NCBI GenBank assembly: GCA_963793255.1
Contig: CAWBZK010000005.1
Span: 543 to 64,542 of the forward strand
From: an uncultured Acidobacteriota bacterium
Lineage (GTDB): Bacteria; Acidobacteriota; Vicinamibacteria; Vicinamibacterales; SCN-69-37
Direction of reading: 5' to 3'
DNA length: 64,000 nucleotides
A program made the translations under genes and the position numbers. Of the stretch, positions 61,950 through 64,000 are shown one piece after another (position 1 is the first letter of the stretch; the number at the start of each line of letters is the position of its first letter). The notes beneath the pieces are model-generated. The model searched no databases, had not been told where the DNA came from, and saw only the letters and a program-made list of their open reading frames with translations.

Positions 61950-64000
61950 TCATTCGTCTCTGAGCACGACGTTCGGGTCCAGTCGCGACGCGCGCCAGGC
62001 CGGTAGCCAGCACGCCGCGGCAGCCACCAGCGTCATCGTGGCAATCACCCCGATCGTCGTCGCCGTGTCGCCTGGGGCCACGCCGAACAGCAACGTCGCC
62101 AGCAGGCGGTTCAAGCCGAACGCGCCCGCAAGGCCGATGAGGACGCCGATCGTCGTCAGGACGAGGCCCTGCTTCATGACCTGCGTGAGTACCTGAGCGC
62201 GCGCGGCGCCGAGCGCCAGGCGGATACCAATCTCGCGGCGACGCTCCGCCACGGTGTAGGACAGCACACCGTACGTGCCGATGGCGGCGAGCAACAACGC
62301 CAGTCCCGCGAACGCACCGACGAGTTGCGCCAGCAATCGGGGACGACGAATCGTTTCGGCAAACACGTCGTCCATCTCCCGGAGTCGCACGACGGGGACG
62401 GTACGGTCGGCCTCCCGCACCACCTGTTCGACGCTCTGTGCGAGCGCCGCGGGCGTCAGCGTGGTGCGCAGCACGACGTTCATCGTCACCGGCGCGCTCG
62501 TGAAGGGCTGGGGCAGCGCGGCGAGCTGGTCGACGAAGAAGTAGAACTCCGTGCCGGCTTCCCGATCCACACCGCCCTGCTTGACGTCCTTGGCGACGCC
62601 GACGACGGTGAACCACGGGTTGTCGCTATTGGACGATCCTGGTCGCAGCCGTTGTCCGATCGGGTTCAGTCCTTTCCAGAACCTGTTGACGAGCTTCTCG
62701 TTGACGACCGCCACCCTGCCCTCGGATGCCGCGTCGGCTGGCTCGAAGCCGCGGCCCTGCACAATCGGAATGCCCATCGTCTCGAAGTAGTTGGACATCA
62801 CGTTCTGGAAGTAGTCCACGTTCTCGTACGGGCCTTCCTTCGGGGCCGTGTAGTTGTCCATGTCCGTGTCGCTGGCGTTCAGGGGACGATCGGGCGGGAG
62901 CCCCGACATGGCGGTGGCGCCCTGCACGCCGGGCACGGCGCGAAGCTTCTCGAGGAGCTGCTGATACAGCTGACCACGCAGGGCCGGCCGTGGATAGCTG
63001 GCCGGCGGCAGCGTGATCGAGAAGGTCACCAGGCGGGAGCGATCGAACCCGGCGTCCACGTTCGTGAGATTGGAAACCGTGCGCCCGAGGAGCGCCGCGC
63101 CAATCACGAGCATCACCGCCAGCGCGACTTCGACGACCACGAGGCCGCGGCGGACGTGATGGCGCGCGGCACCCGTGGCGCCTTTGGCCCCGCCCTCTTT
63201 CAGCGCCGCAGCCAGCCCCTTGGCGCGCGTGTGCATGACGGGCGCGAGCCCGAAGAGCACGCCCGTCGCCATGGCGACGCTGAGTGTAAAGAGCAACGCG
63301 AGCGAGTCCACCGCCACTTCACTCGTACGCGGCAGGCTCGTGGGATACGCGCGAACCAGGGCTCGAACGCCGACGGTGGCGAGCAGCACGCCGAGCGCGC
63401 CCCCGGCGACCGACAACAGGACGCCCTCGGTCATGAATTGACGGAGGAGCCGCCAACGCCCCGCGCCGAGCGCGGTGCGGAGGGCGAACTCCCGGTGGCG
63501 TCGCTCGGCTCTGGCAAGCAGCAGGTTGGCAAGATTGGCGCACGCGATCAGCAGCACGAGGCCGACGGCAGCCTGAAGCACCCAGATTGCGCGGCTCGCG
63601 CCGCCCAGCATCTGCTCCTGCAGCGGTTCCATCTGAAGGAAATGGCCGGGGCGCTGCCAACGTGTGGAACGTGACGCCCACGCGCTCGCCCCAGTTCTTC
63701 ATGAGACCTTCGAGTTCCGCATTCGCGGCCTGCGGGCTGGTCCCGTTCTTCAGACGCCCGATGACGTACAGGAAGTGGTTGCCGCGATTCTGACGGTTCG
63801 CGGGATTCAGACCGAGGGGCAGCCAGATCTCGGTCCGGTTGTCCATCAGGTCCGCGCCGCGCGGCATGATGCCGAGGACTTGAAGACGCCGGCCGTTGAC
63901 CTCGACGTCTTCGCCAATCATCGGTCGTCCGCCGAACGCCGACTGCCACAACTCGTGCGAGAGGATCGCGATGGCCGGCGGTGGATTCGGCGGCGCGGGC
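61950..64000 (-). CDS. ADOP-family MacB/FtsX-like permease (second copy), 5' end outside the window, one frameshift
   Basis: The C-terminus reads WLPAWRASRLDPNVVLRDE-stop. FtsX modules include RHREFALRTALGAG and RRREIGIRLALGAA, with a large periplasmic domain between them. A frame change near 63650 joins ORF 61950-63632 to ORF 63319-63951. The gene continues past 64000. Confidence 0.8.

Overview
High-GC bacterial chromosomal window, probably from an Acidobacteria-type organism. It carries two ADOP-family ('acidobacterial duplicated orphan permease') genes, an ECF sigma / Ser-Thr-kinase-TolB pair, and many Tat-signal TIM-barrel and DUF1080 enzymes. About 55 protein-coding genes on both strands account for nearly the whole window. 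I recognised no rRNA, tRNA, CRISPR array, transposase or integrase.

Gene content:
- Exported sugar-oxidising enzymes: 4 xylose-isomerase-like TIM barrels, 3 DUF1080 domains, and a PQQ quinohaemoprotein.
- A gallate / protocatechuate-4,5 lower-pathway cluster: PrpF/GalD-, GalB-, GalC/LigK- and LigI-like genes, DctA and TetR.
- Housekeeping genes (adk, S1-domain protein, Na+/H+ antiporter) and regulators.

Main technical feature: roughly 70-80 reading-frame breaks (manual, approximate count) affect about two thirds of the genes. Most ORF-track entries are therefore fragments that I stitched by eye. This looks like indel error or, less likely, mass pseudogenisation.

Most interesting biology:
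1. A monocistronic single-pass membrane TIR-domain protein with four helical repeats, a Pro11 hinge and an NTF2-like C-terminus.
2. An intact photoactive-yellow-protein homologue with no chromophore-synthesis genes nearby.
3. A translationally coupled trio: an exported protein with protein-kinase-like motifs, a PAP2 phosphatase, and a purple-acid-phosphatase-like metallophosphoesterase.
4. An exported SCO copper-chaperone / bicupin / esterase operon, possibly for flavonol cleavage.
5. Recurrent Gly/Arg/Ala/Pro low-complexity inserts in at least eight exported enzymes.
6. Conserved palindromic hairpins at convergent gene ends.

All functional calls rest on motif recognition from memory; no searches or computations were run.
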